DNA of 64,000 bases. Source: a bacterium. Lineage in GTDB: Bacteria; UBA8248. The translations under genes were made by a program, and so were the position numbers. This document shows positions 51,396-61,667 of the stretch, one piece after another. The stretch spans positions 2,944,001 through 3,008,000 of the forward strand of contig OZ244799.1 in assembly GCA_965219955.1 (NCBI GenBank), read 5' to 3'. Each line of letters starts with the position of its first letter. The first letter of the stretch is position 1. A model generated the notes under the pieces. That model did not search any database. It had not been told where the DNA came from and saw only the letters and a program-made list of their open reading frames with translations.

Positions 51396-52298
51396 CTATG
51401 AAATCGCCCGCGCCTCCACGCCCGCCATGCGCTCGAGCACCTTGACGATGGCGATGTGGTCGAGTTCCCCCTCCCCGTTCGCCACGAGGGAGTTGAAAAT
51501 CTGCGCGACGAGCGATGCGCCCGGAAGCGCCACTTCGCGCTCGCGCGCCTGCTCCAGCGCGTAGCGCAAATCCTTCACGTGGCTCGTTATCTTCCCGCCG
51601 GGGGAGAAATCGCCCGAGAGGATTTTCGGCGCCTTGACCTCCAGCCCCCCGCAGCGCGCGAGGCCCGCCCCCATGACGTCCACAAGGGCCGCGGGGTCGA
51701 GGCCGGCCTTGGCCCCGAACACGAGCGCCTCGCCCACGCCCAGGAAAGTGACGGCCACCAGAATCTGGTTCGCGAGCTTGGCGATGCACCCGGAACCCGC
51801 GGGCTCGCCCACGTGCACCACCTTCGCCCCCAGTACGTCGAGCAGGGGCTTGCAGCGCGCGAAGACGTCTTTGGGACCCCCGGCCATGATGGCGAGCGTT
51901 CCCTGCTCCGCTCCTTCGGGCGCGCCCGATACCGGCGCGTCGAGCATCCCGACGCCCTTGCCGAACAGCTCTTCTGCGACCTCAGCGGAGAAGGCCGGGT
52001 CGTTGCTCGTGCAGTCCACCAGAACGCTGCCTGACTTCATGGCCTGAAAAAGCCCGTTTTCCGAATAAACCACGTCTTTCAGGTTCGGGGCGTCGGGCAG
52101 CATGGTGAAGACGACTTCTGCGTGCGCCGCCACTTCCGCGGGCGAATCGCACGCTCTTGCGCCCTCTGCCGCAATCTCATCCACCGGCGGGCGGCTGCGG
52201 CTCGATACCGCCAGCGGATGCCCCGCCGCCAGAAACCGCCGCGCCATCGGCTTTCCCATCAGGCCCAGGCCCACGAAACCAACTGCCGTCTTGGACAT
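51396..52298 (-). CDS. beta-hydroxyacid dehydrogenase (2-hydroxy-3-oxopropionate reductase-like)
   Basis: GFVGLGLMGKPMA, DAPVSG, KLANQ, KDL. Confidence 0.9.
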   Translation of the reverse strand: MSKTAVGFVGLGLMGKPMARRFLAAGHPLAVSSRSRPPVDEIAAEGARACDSPAEVAAHAEVVFTMLPDAPNLKDVVYSENGLFQAMKSGSVLVDCTSNDPAFSAEVAEELFGKGVGMLDAPVSGAPEGAEQGTLAIMAGGPKDVFARCKPLLDVLGAKVVHVGEPAGSGCIAKLANQILVAVTFLGVGEALVFGAKAGLDPAALVDVMGAGLARCGGLEVKAPKILSGDFSPGGKITSHVKDLRYALEQAREREVALPGASLVAQIFNSLVANGEGELDHIAIVKVLERMAGVEARAIS

Positions 52299-52336
52299 TC
52301 ATTTCCTCCCGGTTGTGTATGGCGCGCTATCGTTCC

Positions 52337-52681
52337 CTACGTCGCGTCCGGCGGGACGAACGGTTCGAGGAGGGCGATTAAACCCGGCAAGTCTTCCTGC
52401 ACTGTCCGCCATACGATATCAAGGTTTACGTCGAAATACGCATGAATGAGCCGATTGCGCATGCTGATGATTTCATCCCACGGGATGGCGGGCAATTGCT
52501 CGCGGGCGGTATCAGACATACGGGTCGCCGCTTCTCCCAAGATCGCGATATCCATAACCAACGATAAGACCAACTGGCGATCCGTGTTCAAATCGTTTCG
52601 CGTTCGGCCATGCGCAAACGACACCGCCTCTTGCGCTGCGTCCATCATGTGCCGCAGACGAATTTCATCCTCCCTGCGCAT
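52337..52681 (-). CDS. HEPN/DUF86 RNase toxin (HepT-like)
   Basis: [18 protein letters not shown] (RX4HXY). Confidence 0.9.
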   Translation of the reverse strand: MRREDEIRLRHMMDAAQEAVSFAHGRTRNDLNTDRQLVLSLVMDIAILGEAATRMSDTAREQLPAIPWDEIISMRNRLIHAYFDVNLDIVWRTVQEDLPGLIALLEPFVPPDAT

Positions 52682-52973
52682 ACTGGACTTCCGCTGCGTC
52701 GAGAACATCCTGCCGAAAATAGCGGCTCAAATCCTCAGGTGTACGCAAGTCCACCTTCCGCCCGCCGAACAGGTCCGACAGTTCCCGCTCCATGCCGGCC
52801 ACGCCCAGGAGTCCCGGCGTGCGGCCCAGCTCGAACTCGACCAGCACGTCGACGTCGCTCTCGGGTCCGAAGTCCTCGCGCAACGCCGAGCCGAAGACGG
52901 CGAACCGCTTCACGCCGTGAGCCCGGCAAAACGCGGCGAGCCGCTCTTTGGAGATGGAAATGTTCCGGTTCAT
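52665..52973 (-). CDS. minimal nucleotidyltransferase antitoxin (MntA-like)
   Basis: [18 protein letters not shown] (GSX10DXD). Confidence 0.92.
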   Translation of the reverse strand: MNRNISISKERLAAFCRAHGVKRFAVFGSALREDFGPESDVDVLVEFELGRTPGLLGVAGMERELSDLFGGRKVDLRTPEDLSRYFRQDVLDAAEVQYAQGG

Positions 52974-53059
52974 TCTCTCGACCTCATCGTACTGCGTTCT
53001 TGCTCGATGATAAGACAACCGCATGGGCGAGACAAACGGAATCAAACCCGACCGAGAAA

Positions 53060-53380
53060 GGGTTGTTGAAAAAGCCTCGATGAACGAGGAATGACGAATT
53101 ATGGCCGCGCTCGCCGAGGATGAAAATTTCAACCGTAGGGGCGGGCCTGCGTGCCCGCCCGTATCGGGTATGTATATGCCCATAAGAGGTCTCGGACAGG
53201 CACGGAGGCCTGTCCCTACGGCGAACAATCTTGAAGGTCGGATAGGGCTTTTTCAACAGCCCTAAAGCGGTGGGGGTACGATGGTTTCGTAGTGACAACC
53301 CCTCCTCGGGGTTGTCCCACGGTTCGCGAACCACCCCTACAGCCGTCATTCCGGAATTGCAGGGCTTTTTCAACAACCCC
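53060..53380. mobile_element. MITE-like module 2 carrying GTAG-type REP pairs
   Basis: Left end 53060-53076; right ends 53245-53262 and 53362-53380; REPs at 53135-53160 and 53194-53219 (inverted). Confidence 0.7.
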
Positions 53381-53574
53381 GAGACGGGAGGGGTTGCCGG
53401 AGTTGAGAGCAGGCGCCGTTCGCGAACGTGGGCCGTTCACGAGAACGGCCCACTGTCCATCAACCCCGGGCACGCGCCAAAATATCACCCGCGAATTGAC
53501 AGCCCTCCCGGACCCTTTTATGTTCTGCGCGGTTATCGTATGCCGCCCTGCGGAAAACCAGAGGACTCAAATTC

Positions 53575-54057
53575 ATGCGCAAAACCTTCATCGCAACGAT
53601 CACGATTCTCGTATCCCTGCTGCTCATCGCCACGCCCGCTCTCGCCGACAAACACGCGCAAAAACGCGGCACGCCCGCCCAGGCGCAGGCCATGGTGGCG
53701 AAAGCCGTCGCCCTGTTCGAAGAGAAAGGCCTGAAAGCGGCTTTCGACCGCTTCACCAACCGTCCGGGCGCGGAATTCAACCACCTGGACCTCTACATTT
53801 TCGTGCTCAAGGATGCGGAGGGCGCGCGCATCGTCGCCCACGCCCAGACCCGCTCGATCATCGGCACGAACGCCTCGACGCTCATCGACCCGGGCGGCCT
53901 CAACATCGGCCGCGCCATTCTCGATAAGGCCACGGCAAAGGGCGCATGGGTCGATTACGGCTGGAAAGACCCCCTCACGGGCAAGGTCGTGCCCAAGTCC
54001 TCGTGGGCCGTCCGCCACAAGGGATTCATCTTCGGCTGCGGCATCCACAAGCCGTGA
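53575..54057 (+). CDS. secreted single Cache-domain protein
   Basis: Signal peptide; AQAMVAKAVA, DLYIFV, GAWVDYGWKDP..KSSW, FGCGI. Confidence 0.85.
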   Translation: MRKTFIATITILVSLLLIATPALADKHAQKRGTPAQAQAMVAKAVALFEEKGLKAAFDRFTNRPGAEFNHLDLYIFVLKDAEGARIVAHAQTRSIIGTNASTLIDPGGLNIGRAILDKATAKGAWVDYGWKDPLTGKVVPKSSWAVRHKGFIFGCGIHKP

Positions 54058-54078
54058 GTCTGGCCCGGCCAAGGGGGA

Positions 54079-54556
54079 GGGTTGTTGAAAAAGTCCCGTG
54101 AAGTGATTTTAGTTGAGCGCAAGTTTTTGAAGTTCACTCCCCCCTTGAGGGGGTTGTTGAAAAAGCCCCGTATGCGTCCCCGAAAAACCGCCAACGCCTC
54201 TTTCCTCACCCTGAGTAGCCGCCGAAGGCGGCGTATCGAAGGGCGAGGGGCTCGCACCGGAACGAGAAGGCATCCTTCGATACGCGGCTCCGCCGCTACT
54301 CAGGATGAGGCGGTGCGGTTTTGTTCGTCATTCCGGTGTCGAACCCGACCAATGCGGGAGGGTTCGACGGAATCCAGAACCGACGAGGGCGACGATGCGG
54401 CGGCTTTTCTTTTTTTCGATGGAGCGGGAACGGACGCCCGAGAACGAAAAGGCAAAAGGCGTAAAAATGGATTCCGGCTTTAGCCGGAATGACGGCAACC
54501 CTGGCATCGGAGGGGTTTTTCAACAGATCCTTGTCGGGGGGGCTTGTTCAACAACC
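54079..54556. mobile_element. nested MITE-like module 3
   Basis: Outer ends 54079 and 54540-54556; inner ends 54151 and 54513-54530; cargo is a CCTGAGTAG hairpin pair plus a GTCATTCCGG..GGAATCC / GGATTCC..CCGGAATGAC pair. Confidence 0.72.
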
Positions 54557-54772
54557 TCCGAGGAGTCGCACGGAGGCCTGTCCCTACGCGACTGCAGAAG
54601 AAGAATTTGCCGGAATCCGGCAGGGGGACGTTCGCGAACGTGGGCGGTTCACAAGAACGGCCCACTACAGATCAAACTCGACCAGGACGGGAAATCGGCT
54701 TCCAGGCAGCGCGGCCAAAACCCCTCATCGGCCAAGCGCAGCCACTCCTTCTTCAGTTCAGTCAGGGCCGAT

Positions 54773-56155
54773 CTAGAACTGCCGCACGAAGCGCAGTTCG
54801 GCGCGGGTGCGCTTGTAGTCGTAGAGCTGGGCGTTGGACTCGCGCTCCTCGTTCACCACGATGAGCTGGGGGCTGAAGCCGAAAGTCGTAAAAGCCCGGT
54901 TGAATATGGAAACGCTGAAGATGCGCACATCGTCCACGCGCGATGAGTTGTCGGAGACAAATGGAAACCAGTTGCCCTGATAATCCGTCGTGCGAAGCTC
55001 CGCGTTGCCTCCCACGGTGAAGCCGAAGGGGAGAGCGATCGAGGCGCCCAGGCGTCCCCACCGGCTGCGGTTGCGCCAGGTGCGGGATTCGGGATTCTCG
55101 GCCGCGTAGCCGAACCCGCCCCGGATCTGGAGCGTCGGCGTGAGCACCCACGAACCCACCAGCGCGAGATCCAGATGCGAGCCTTCGAAATGCTTGTCGC
55201 GCTCATAGTCGCGCTCGTGCAGGGAGGCGCGCCCGCTCAGCCGGATGCGGCGCGTGAGGCGGTGTTCGACCTCGAAGCGCCCGCCGAACTCGTGGCTGTG
55301 GACGAAGCCGCCGCTTCTGCGCTGGCGCACGCTGGCGAGCATGCTCATTTCGGTGTTGGGGCTTATCCACCAGCGCGGCCCGGCGTGGAAGGAGATCGTC
55401 ATTTGATCGAAGCGGCTCTCCTCGTATTCCCTGCGTGAGATGTCCGTCCCCATGCGCAGGCGCAGGCGCTGGCCCAGGGGATGCTGGTACTCCCACCCGC
55501 CCCAGAAAACGAAACCGAGGCCCGAGTTTTCGCCCTCGAAATTGTTGCGGCGGAAGGGCAGATCGTAGATGTAGATGATTTCCGAATCCGACACCGCGCC
55601 GATGTTCGTATCCGGCGCTATGGAGAAGCCGAAATGCGCGCTCCAGCGCCTGCGCGCGCGCATGATGCGCAGGAAGCGGTTGATGTTGGCGACCATCGCC
55701 TTGGGGGGCTTTCCGGCGAGGACGCGATCGAAATGCCGGCGCGAGAGATCGTCCTCATTTTTGTAGAAGAACGCCCGAGCGAGTTCGAGCCGCACGCGCA
55801 CGAGGGCGGGCTTCTCGATGAGGATGACCCTGAGCGCGGAGACGGCTGCATCGAGAAGCGCCGTCCTCTCCTTCGCCTTCGCCGGAGGCAGGCGCCTGGA
55901 AGCCTCGATGGCCGAAAGGCCGTAGAGGAAGAGCACGTCCGTCCTGTCGGCGCGGCCCTTCGACTCTCTGGCGATGGGGCCCAGAAGTTTCAGCGCTTCG
56001 AAATAGCGGCGCTGCTTGACCAGCCCGCGCGCGGCCCGGACCTTCGGGTCACTGGAAAGGTGAGACTCCGAGGGCGCGGCGACGGCGTCCCCCGCCGTGA
56101 GGTGCGCAGGCGCAAGAAGCATCATGCAGACGATGAACAGAATGGATTTTTTCAT
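54773..56155 (-). CDS. surface lipoprotein assembly modifier (Slam/DUF560-like) outer-membrane protein
   Basis: Signal peptide, TPR-like RVRLELARAFF, amphipathic beta strands, terminal Phe (RAELRFVRQF). Confidence 0.8.
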   Translation of the reverse strand: MKKSILFIVCMMLLAPAHLTAGDAVAAPSESHLSSDPKVRAARGLVKQRRYFEALKLLGPIARESKGRADRTDVLFLYGLSAIEASRRLPPAKAKERTALLDAAVSALRVILIEKPALVRVRLELARAFFYKNEDDLSRRHFDRVLAGKPPKAMVANINRFLRIMRARRRWSAHFGFSIAPDTNIGAVSDSEIIYIYDLPFRRNNFEGENSGLGFVFWGGWEYQHPLGQRLRLRMGTDISRREYEESRFDQMTISFHAGPRWWISPNTEMSMLASVRQRRSGGFVHSHEFGGRFEVEHRLTRRIRLSGRASLHERDYERDKHFEGSHLDLALVGSWVLTPTLQIRGGFGYAAENPESRTWRNRSRWGRLGASIALPFGFTVGGNAELRTTDYQGNWFPFVSDNSSRVDDVRIFSVSIFNRAFTTFGFSPQLIVVNEERESNAQLYDYKRTRAELRFVRQF

Positions 56156-56357
56156 GATTTGCGGCGTGAGACGAGCGCGTCCGCTTCTCGTCCGCTACCT
56201 CCTTTGGCGACGAAGTTCGCGATTGCGCCGCCCGGGCGAGGAGGACCCCATCCGAACGGACGATGCCGAAGTCTGCTATATCGGCCCCCTAAAATCAACT
56301 CCTCCGCCTCCTGGCTCGAAACCAGCCCCCCTACTCCCCCTTAACAGCGGAGTAAGA

Positions 56358-56771
56358 TCAAAGCCCCCTTGACAAGGGGGGTTGGGGGGTTCGACAAGTA
56401 GGGCTGAGGGTTCGCATATCCGAAACGCGCTTCAACAAATCGACGTACACACCATCGACGCGATTCATGACCTCGGCGTCGGCGTATCGGACGACCTCGA
56501 CGCCCAGCGCGTTCAGCCTGCGCGTCCTGACTTCATCACATCGCTTGCGACCGACGTGGTTGTCGCCGTCTATCTCAACCGCGAGCATCAGTTCGGCGCA
56601 GTAGAAATCGACGATGTAGCGATCCAGCGGCTTTTGACGAGTGAACTTCAACCCGGATAACTGCCTGCTGCGCAAAACTTCGAACCATAGCTTCTTCTCC
56701 GCCGGGGTAGGGTTCCTGCGGTTTTCCCGCGCCTTTTCGGTCAACGCCTCATCGTATGGAACGTAGCCCAT
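56358..56771 (-). CDS. DUF559 (Vsr-like) endonuclease
   Basis: ARENRRNPTPAEKKLW, KFTRQKP..YIVDFYC..LAVEIDGDNH. Confidence 0.88.
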   Translation of the reverse strand: MGYVPYDEALTEKARENRRNPTPAEKKLWFEVLRSRQLSGLKFTRQKPLDRYIVDFYCAELMLAVEIDGDNHVGRKRCDEVRTRRLNALGVEVVRYADAEVMNRVDGVYVDLLKRVSDMRTLSPTCRTPQPPLSRGL

Positions 56772-56855
56772 CGCGACGCTCTTTCTCAAGAAATCGCCCT
56801 CCTCTCGACTGAATACTACTCCCCCTCCGGCCCCCTGACAGAAACCCCCCAATCC

Positions 56856-56968
56856 CCCCTTGTCGGGGGTCAAACGCGAGTGAGGAACGAGCGTTTGCAT
56901 AAGCCATTGACGAGAAACACATCGTCTTGCAAAACCTCCCTCTTCGGTCGGTTTTGACCCCTGACAGG
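56856..56968. mobile_element. ~113-bp MITE with CCCTTGTCAGGGGTCAAA terminal inverted repeats, copy A
   Basis: Near-identical inverted copy at 62262-62376. Confidence 0.75.
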
Positions 56969-56994
56969 GGGGGGTGGGGATTCGGAGCGAGGCG

Positions 56995-57022
56995 AAAAGA
57001 GGGCGGCCGTTCGGCCGCCCTC
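56995..57022 (-). terminator. rho-independent terminator of the lipoprotein gene
   Basis: Minus strand GAGGGCGGCC-GAAC-GGCCGCCCTC-TTTT. Confidence 0.7.
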
Positions 57023-57090
57023 CCACGGCTGCGCATTGCTTCGCCCCCGAAGGCGGGGGCATGTACCAACTTGCTTGCGCTATGCCGGCG

Positions 57091-58695
57091 CTACTCCATC
57101 ATCTTCCTTGCGCCGAAGGCGCCGGCCACGGAGCCGTCCGTGAACCCGGCGTTGAACTCGCCGACCACGGAACCGGGCTGGGGAATGTTGCCGTCGGTGT
57201 CTGCCGCCACGCTCCCATGGAAGGTCGCGCTGAACGAGCCGTCACCATCTCCACCCTTGGCCGTGCCGGACGCGATTCCTGTAGTAGGAACAATCGTTCC
57301 GGCTACAGCCACGCTCCACATGTTGTCCTCACCCCCGGACAGCATGAAGTTGTCGATGGTTCCACTGACGGTGTTGAGCAAGTTGGGCGCGATCGTGCCC
57401 GTGGCGTCGGTAGCGGAAACCGGCACCTGCCCGAAGATCGCCATCAGGCGGACGTCCGCCCTGAAGTGGCCGGAGGTGGCCATGTTGATCGTGCGGTCGG
57501 GGTTGTACACGTTTTTCACGTACACGCCGGTCGCGCCGCCTTCGTATGTCGCTTGTCCCAGAACAGTGCTGACGTTACCGCTCGCGTCAACGCTCGAGCC
57601 CGCGAAGGTCTCGACCTCGTTGTAGGTGATCGCGCCGTTTGCCGCCGTCGTCTTCTTCAGCCAGAAACCGTGGTGCAGATAGTCGCCATCCCCCACGTCG
57701 ACCGTTGCGCCTTCGGCGGGAATGAAAATCCAGTCGTTGTCAGCCGAAACGGCGCTCACCACACCCATGGCATTCACCGTGACGGCGCAGCCAGAAGCAC
57801 CAGCAGCGTTGCATTTGAACGTTCCCATTGCGCCGTTGAACGTACCCATGATTTCGGCGGCATCCCTGCTTTCATCCGTATCTGTTGTGCTAGGGTCGTC
57901 TGCTACCGCCTGCTGGAAACTGAGGGTGGTGGTTCCAGTGGTGCCGGACGGAGCCGTGAATGCACCTGCCTTGACCATTCCGATGTTGCCTTCCACTATT
58001 TGAAGAGCATCATTCGGCATGTTATCGGTCGCCGTTTCTCCGTCTACCCTGACATCGAGCGTGTGCACCATCCCAAACGCCGTGGGCGTGGGGTCTTCGA
58101 TGTCGGTGCTGACGACCACGACTTCTTCCACCACGTTACCGTCGTCATCCGCCGCCAGCGCGCGCGCGTGCATGGTGGTTCCGCCGCCCAGATCCATGGC
58201 CTGAATGAATTTGGGATCGTCTTCACCATCCAGCGCAGAGTCGGTGATCTCGACCGTCTGGTCCGCCGGATCGATCGTCAGCGTATAGGTGGCAACCGCG
58301 CCAGTCAGGTTGCCGCCGGCATCAAACGTAGAACCGCCGAGGCCGCCGTCGTTCGTCCCCGTCTCCGCGGCTTCAGTCGCGATGGCCATCTCTTTCGTCC
58401 CGGCCGCTTTCGTCGCCGCGGCTACTGCAGCCATGCGTTCCTCCTCGAGCATTTCTGCCGAGACGCACATATCGCCCCTATACTCGCCGCCTTCCGCCTC
58501 ACAGACCTCTTGCGGAGTCATGCAGTTCGGATACGTACCGGATGTGCCCGCCGGACATTCCATCGGCGTCGGGTCCGGCGGCGTCGTCGCCGTGCCGCCG
58601 CCACTGCCGCCGCAACCCGCCAGGGTCACCGCGAGCAGGAGCGCCATTCCAAACACATACAACTTGTTGATGGGTGTTTTTACGCAGAACAACAT
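57091..58695 (-). CDS. surface lipoprotein with a TbpB-like C-terminal beta-barrel
   Basis: Lipobox LAVTLAG-C, Gly/Pro linker, ATYEGGATG, C-terminal GEFNA..VAGAFGARK; AGGAGG RBS before ATG 58695. Confidence 0.8.
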   Translation of the reverse strand: MLFCVKTPINKLYVFGMALLLAVTLAGCGGSGGGTATTPPDPTPMECPAGTSGTYPNCMTPQEVCEAEGGEYRGDMCVSAEMLEEERMAAVAAATKAAGTKEMAIATEAAETGTNDGGLGGSTFDAGGNLTGAVATYTLTIDPADQTVEITDSALDGEDDPKFIQAMDLGGGTTMHARALAADDDGNVVEEVVVVSTDIEDPTPTAFGMVHTLDVRVDGETATDNMPNDALQIVEGNIGMVKAGAFTAPSGTTGTTTLSFQQAVADDPSTTDTDESRDAAEIMGTFNGAMGTFKCNAAGASGCAVTVNAMGVVSAVSADNDWIFIPAEGATVDVGDGDYLHHGFWLKKTTAANGAITYNEVETFAGSSVDASGNVSTVLGQATYEGGATGVYVKNVYNPDRTINMATSGHFRADVRLMAIFGQVPVSATDATGTIAPNLLNTVSGTIDNFMLSGGEDNMWSVAVAGTIVPTTGIASGTAKGGDGDGSFSATFHGSVAADTDGNIPQPGSVVGEFNAGFTDGSVAGAFGARKMME

Positions 58696-58867
58696 AGAGT
58701 GAGTCCTCCTCATCGTCGTGATAAGGCCTCCATGAGAAGGCCCCCGTATGAGGCCTCCTGAAAGAAGACCTCCCGTGTGAAACTAGAGAATCAAATCGCC
58801 GCCTTTCTGATCATAGAGTCAGAATCCACCTTGGCCCCGATGGCCATGCGAACGGAAAAATCATCCG

Positions 58868-59055
58868 AAAACATACAGTTTGCCGGTGGGTGTTTTGGTG
58901 CAGAACGACATTTGGCGCGCAACAGCATTGAGTGAGTCCTCCGCATCGTCGTGACAAGGCCTCCATGAGAAGGCCTCCCGTGGTGCTGTAAAATCAAACT
59001 ACCATCTTTTTGACCATGGAGTCAAAGTCTGTTTCGACCCCTATGCCATGTTACC
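58868..59055 (-). repeat. diverged tandem duplicate of the lipoprotein leader and 5' end
   Basis: Matches about 58650-58850 (GAGTGAGTCCTCC..CATCGTCGTGA.AAGGCCTCCATGAGAAGGCC; MRRTHSML in both). Confidence 0.8.
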
Positions 59056-59489
59056 GGAACTGCCTGAGCGGAACGTGAAACGTATCAAGCCTCCTACAGC
59101 CATATCCGATATGCAACCTCCTTTCTCCTGACTTCCCGACTTTCCGGTGTTCTCCGACTCTCATGATCACGTTGCCCGAAACCACTCTCGCGAAAGCGTT
59201 TCGCGCGGAAGTTCACCTCGCAACAGAATCATGAAATCCCCTTTGATTTACCACATCCGCCTCGCGCGTTCAAGCCTATTTTTACCTATCATTCACATAC
59301 GGGATGAGAGTGGCGAGACAAAAACGATACATGCCGGAGCACTCCCGTTCCTGAAAGGAGGGACAATTCGAAATCCGCATCTTCGCGCGTCTTTTGTTTC
59401 GTGATTGCCTCGCGCGTTAATGATATAGTTTCCCGACGCGATATATAACGATGGTCATGCAGCGCCCTGCGGCGCAAACGGAGAACCCG

Positions 59490-60266
59490 ATGGACAATTC
59501 CGAATATGAGAAGAAACTGAATCAATACCTGCGCCTCGCCTCGTTTCCCGTCGCGGTGAAGTTCCTGGAATCATGGGAAGAAGTTCCCCCGAGGACGAAG
59601 CGTCCCAGGGAGCACCTGGGAAATCAATTCACCACCTGCCAGGCGGTCTCCATGGCGCGGCGCTACGGTTGGGCGCTCGCGCTGGGCCGCGAGGACAGCA
59701 GCTGCGTGCTGGGCGCAATGGCGCTCGGCCTCGAAAAACGCCTGCCGCACTACACCGAGGGCAACCTGTGCATCGACCTCTACACGGAGAATCTCGAAGC
59801 CGGCCGCCTGAGCGAGGAGAGCGTACCCCGGCTTCCCGAGGGGAAATACGTGGGCGTGCTCGTCGCGCCGCTCCACCGCGCGGCGTTCGAGCCGGACTCC
59901 ATCGTCATCTACGGGAACGGAGCGCAGATCATGCGGCTGGGCCAGGCGTGGCTCTGGAAGCGCGGCGGGACGCTCGAGAGCGCGTTTCGCGGCAGAATCG
60001 ACTGCGCCGATCTGGCCATCGCGCCGCATACGACGGGAGAGCCGCAGATGGTCGTGCCCTGCACGGGAGACAGGATTTTCGGGCAGGTGCAGGACCACGA
60101 GGTGGCGTTTTCGTTTCCCTTCTCGGCGACCGGGGAAATCCTCGAAGGCCTCGAGGCGACTCATAAAGCGGGGGCGGCTCGCTACCCGGTGACGAACTGG
60201 CTGAATTACTCGGGCGGCTTTCCGCCCTCGTACGAGCAATACCGCGATATGCTGGAGGAGGAGTGA
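59490..60266 (+). CDS. DUF169-family protein
   Basis: PVAVKF, CQAVSMARRYG, SCVLGAMALG, PCTGDRIFG. Confidence 0.85.
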   Translation: MDNSEYEKKLNQYLRLASFPVAVKFLESWEEVPPRTKRPREHLGNQFTTCQAVSMARRYGWALALGREDSSCVLGAMALGLEKRLPHYTEGNLCIDLYTENLEAGRLSEESVPRLPEGKYVGVLVAPLHRAAFEPDSIVIYGNGAQIMRLGQAWLWKRGGTLESAFRGRIDCADLAIAPHTTGEPQMVVPCTGDRIFGQVQDHEVAFSFPFSATGEILEGLEATHKAGAARYPVTNWLNYSGGFPPSYEQYRDMLEEE

Positions 60267-60320
60267 TAGCCCCGAGAACCCTCCCGCATACCGCATAGGT
60301 CGGCGAGCGCTCCTTGTTCT

Positions 60321-60477
60321 GGGCTGTTGGTAAAGTCCGAGGAGAGAGGAATCACTCCCCCCTTGAGGGTCTGGCTTCCCGAGGGGAAAGCCAGACCCTC
60401 AAGGGGGGAGTGATTTGAAACTCTCTTTGATGGAGAGAGCGCCAGAGATAACGCACGCTGGCTTTTTCAACAACCCC
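60321..60477. mobile_element. MITE-like module 4 containing a 28-bp perfect inverted repeat
   Basis: Ends GGGCTGTTGGTAAAGTCC / GGCTTTTTCAACAACCCC; stem AATCACTCCCCCCTTGAGGGTCTGGCTT at 60350-60377 and 60388-60415. Confidence 0.7.
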
Positions 60478-60710
60478 TCTTCAGTCGGGTTCGACCGGTG
60501 ACGGACCGGCTCAACCACTCGGGAGGGCTTCCGCCATCGTATGAGAATCACAGGGAGAGGCCGGAGGAGGAAATCAAGCCCGACTGATGGATGAAGGACC
60601 ACCAGGGACAGTCGCGAACTGTCCCTGCCAGAACGCGTAGAGGCGGCCGGCCCCTGCGTTTTCTTCGTTTCAGAACAAAGACGAACAACAAGCAGGTGTT
60701 TCACCGGAGG

Positions 60711-61640
60711 ATGAAGATGGAAACGAAGGACCAGGGAAACGAGGGGAGCGTCAATCGTCTGCACCGCGCGGCGCTCATCAGCGAGACGGCGGTCGTCGTG
60801 GAATCGCTGCTCGCCGAGGGCGCGGGCGCGGACGCGAACGCGCGCGACGAGAAGGGACGCACGGCGCTCTACATCGCGGCGGCGTTCAACGAGACGCCCG
60901 GCATTGTGGACACGCTGGTCAAGGCGGGCGCGGACGTGAACGCCCCGGACAACCTCGGCGCGACGCCCCTGCACGCGGCGGCGCGGCACGCCCCGGCGCC
61001 CGAGGTCGTGCAGGAGTTGCTCGACGCCGGAGCGGACCACGGGGCCGCGGACAAGTACGGACGCACGCCCTTGCATGTCGCCGCGCAAGGGGAGAGGCCC
61101 GCCGTGGTGAAGGCGCTCATCGGCGGCGGGGCGGAGGTCGACTCGCGCGATCAATACCAACGCACGCCCTTGCACCTCGCGGCGGCGTTCAACGAGATCC
61201 CGGGCGTCGTGAAAACCCTGGTGGACAGGAAAGCGGACGTGAACGCCCGCGACGAGAACGGCGGCCCTCCCCTGCATGCGGCGGCGCGGCACGCCTTGAC
61301 GCCCGAGAAGACGGAGACGCTGCTCGCCGCCGGGGCGGACCCCCGGATCAGCGATAAATACGGACGCACGGCCCTGCACTTCGCGGCGCAGGGTGATTCG
61401 CCCACGATCGTGAGCATCCTGATCGAGGCGGGCGCGGAACTCCACGCGCGCGACGCGCGAGGGGGCTGGACGCCGCTCCATCTGGCGACGTGGGTTTGCA
61501 AGACGCCCGCCGTCGTCGCCACCCTCCTCGACGCGGGCGCGAACACCGGGGTGCGCGACGAAGACGGCAAGACGCCCTGTGACTTCGCCGAGAAGAACGT
61601 CTTTCTCAGAGACGATGCGGTCCATGCGCGATTCAAATAG
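60711..61640 (+). CDS. ankyrin repeat protein
   Basis: Multiple G.TPLH.AA..V..L..AGADVNARD repeats; GGAGG RBS. Confidence 0.92.
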   Translation: MKMETKDQGNEGSVNRLHRAALISETAVVVESLLAEGAGADANARDEKGRTALYIAAAFNETPGIVDTLVKAGADVNAPDNLGATPLHAAARHAPAPEVVQELLDAGADHGAADKYGRTPLHVAAQGERPAVVKALIGGGAEVDSRDQYQRTPLHLAAAFNEIPGVVKTLVDRKADVNARDENGGPPLHAAARHALTPEKTETLLAAGADPRISDKYGRTALHFAAQGDSPTIVSILIEAGAELHARDARGGWTPLHLATWVCKTPAVVATLLDAGANTGVRDEDGKTPCDFAEKNVFLRDDAVHARFK

Positions 61641-61667
61641 GGCCGATTCCGACCGGGGAGGGAGTCC

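Noticed and set aside
53216-54946. Short ORFs in repeat regions (FFNNP or LLKKP peptides)
   Set aside because: These are translations of the inverted-repeat ends, not genes
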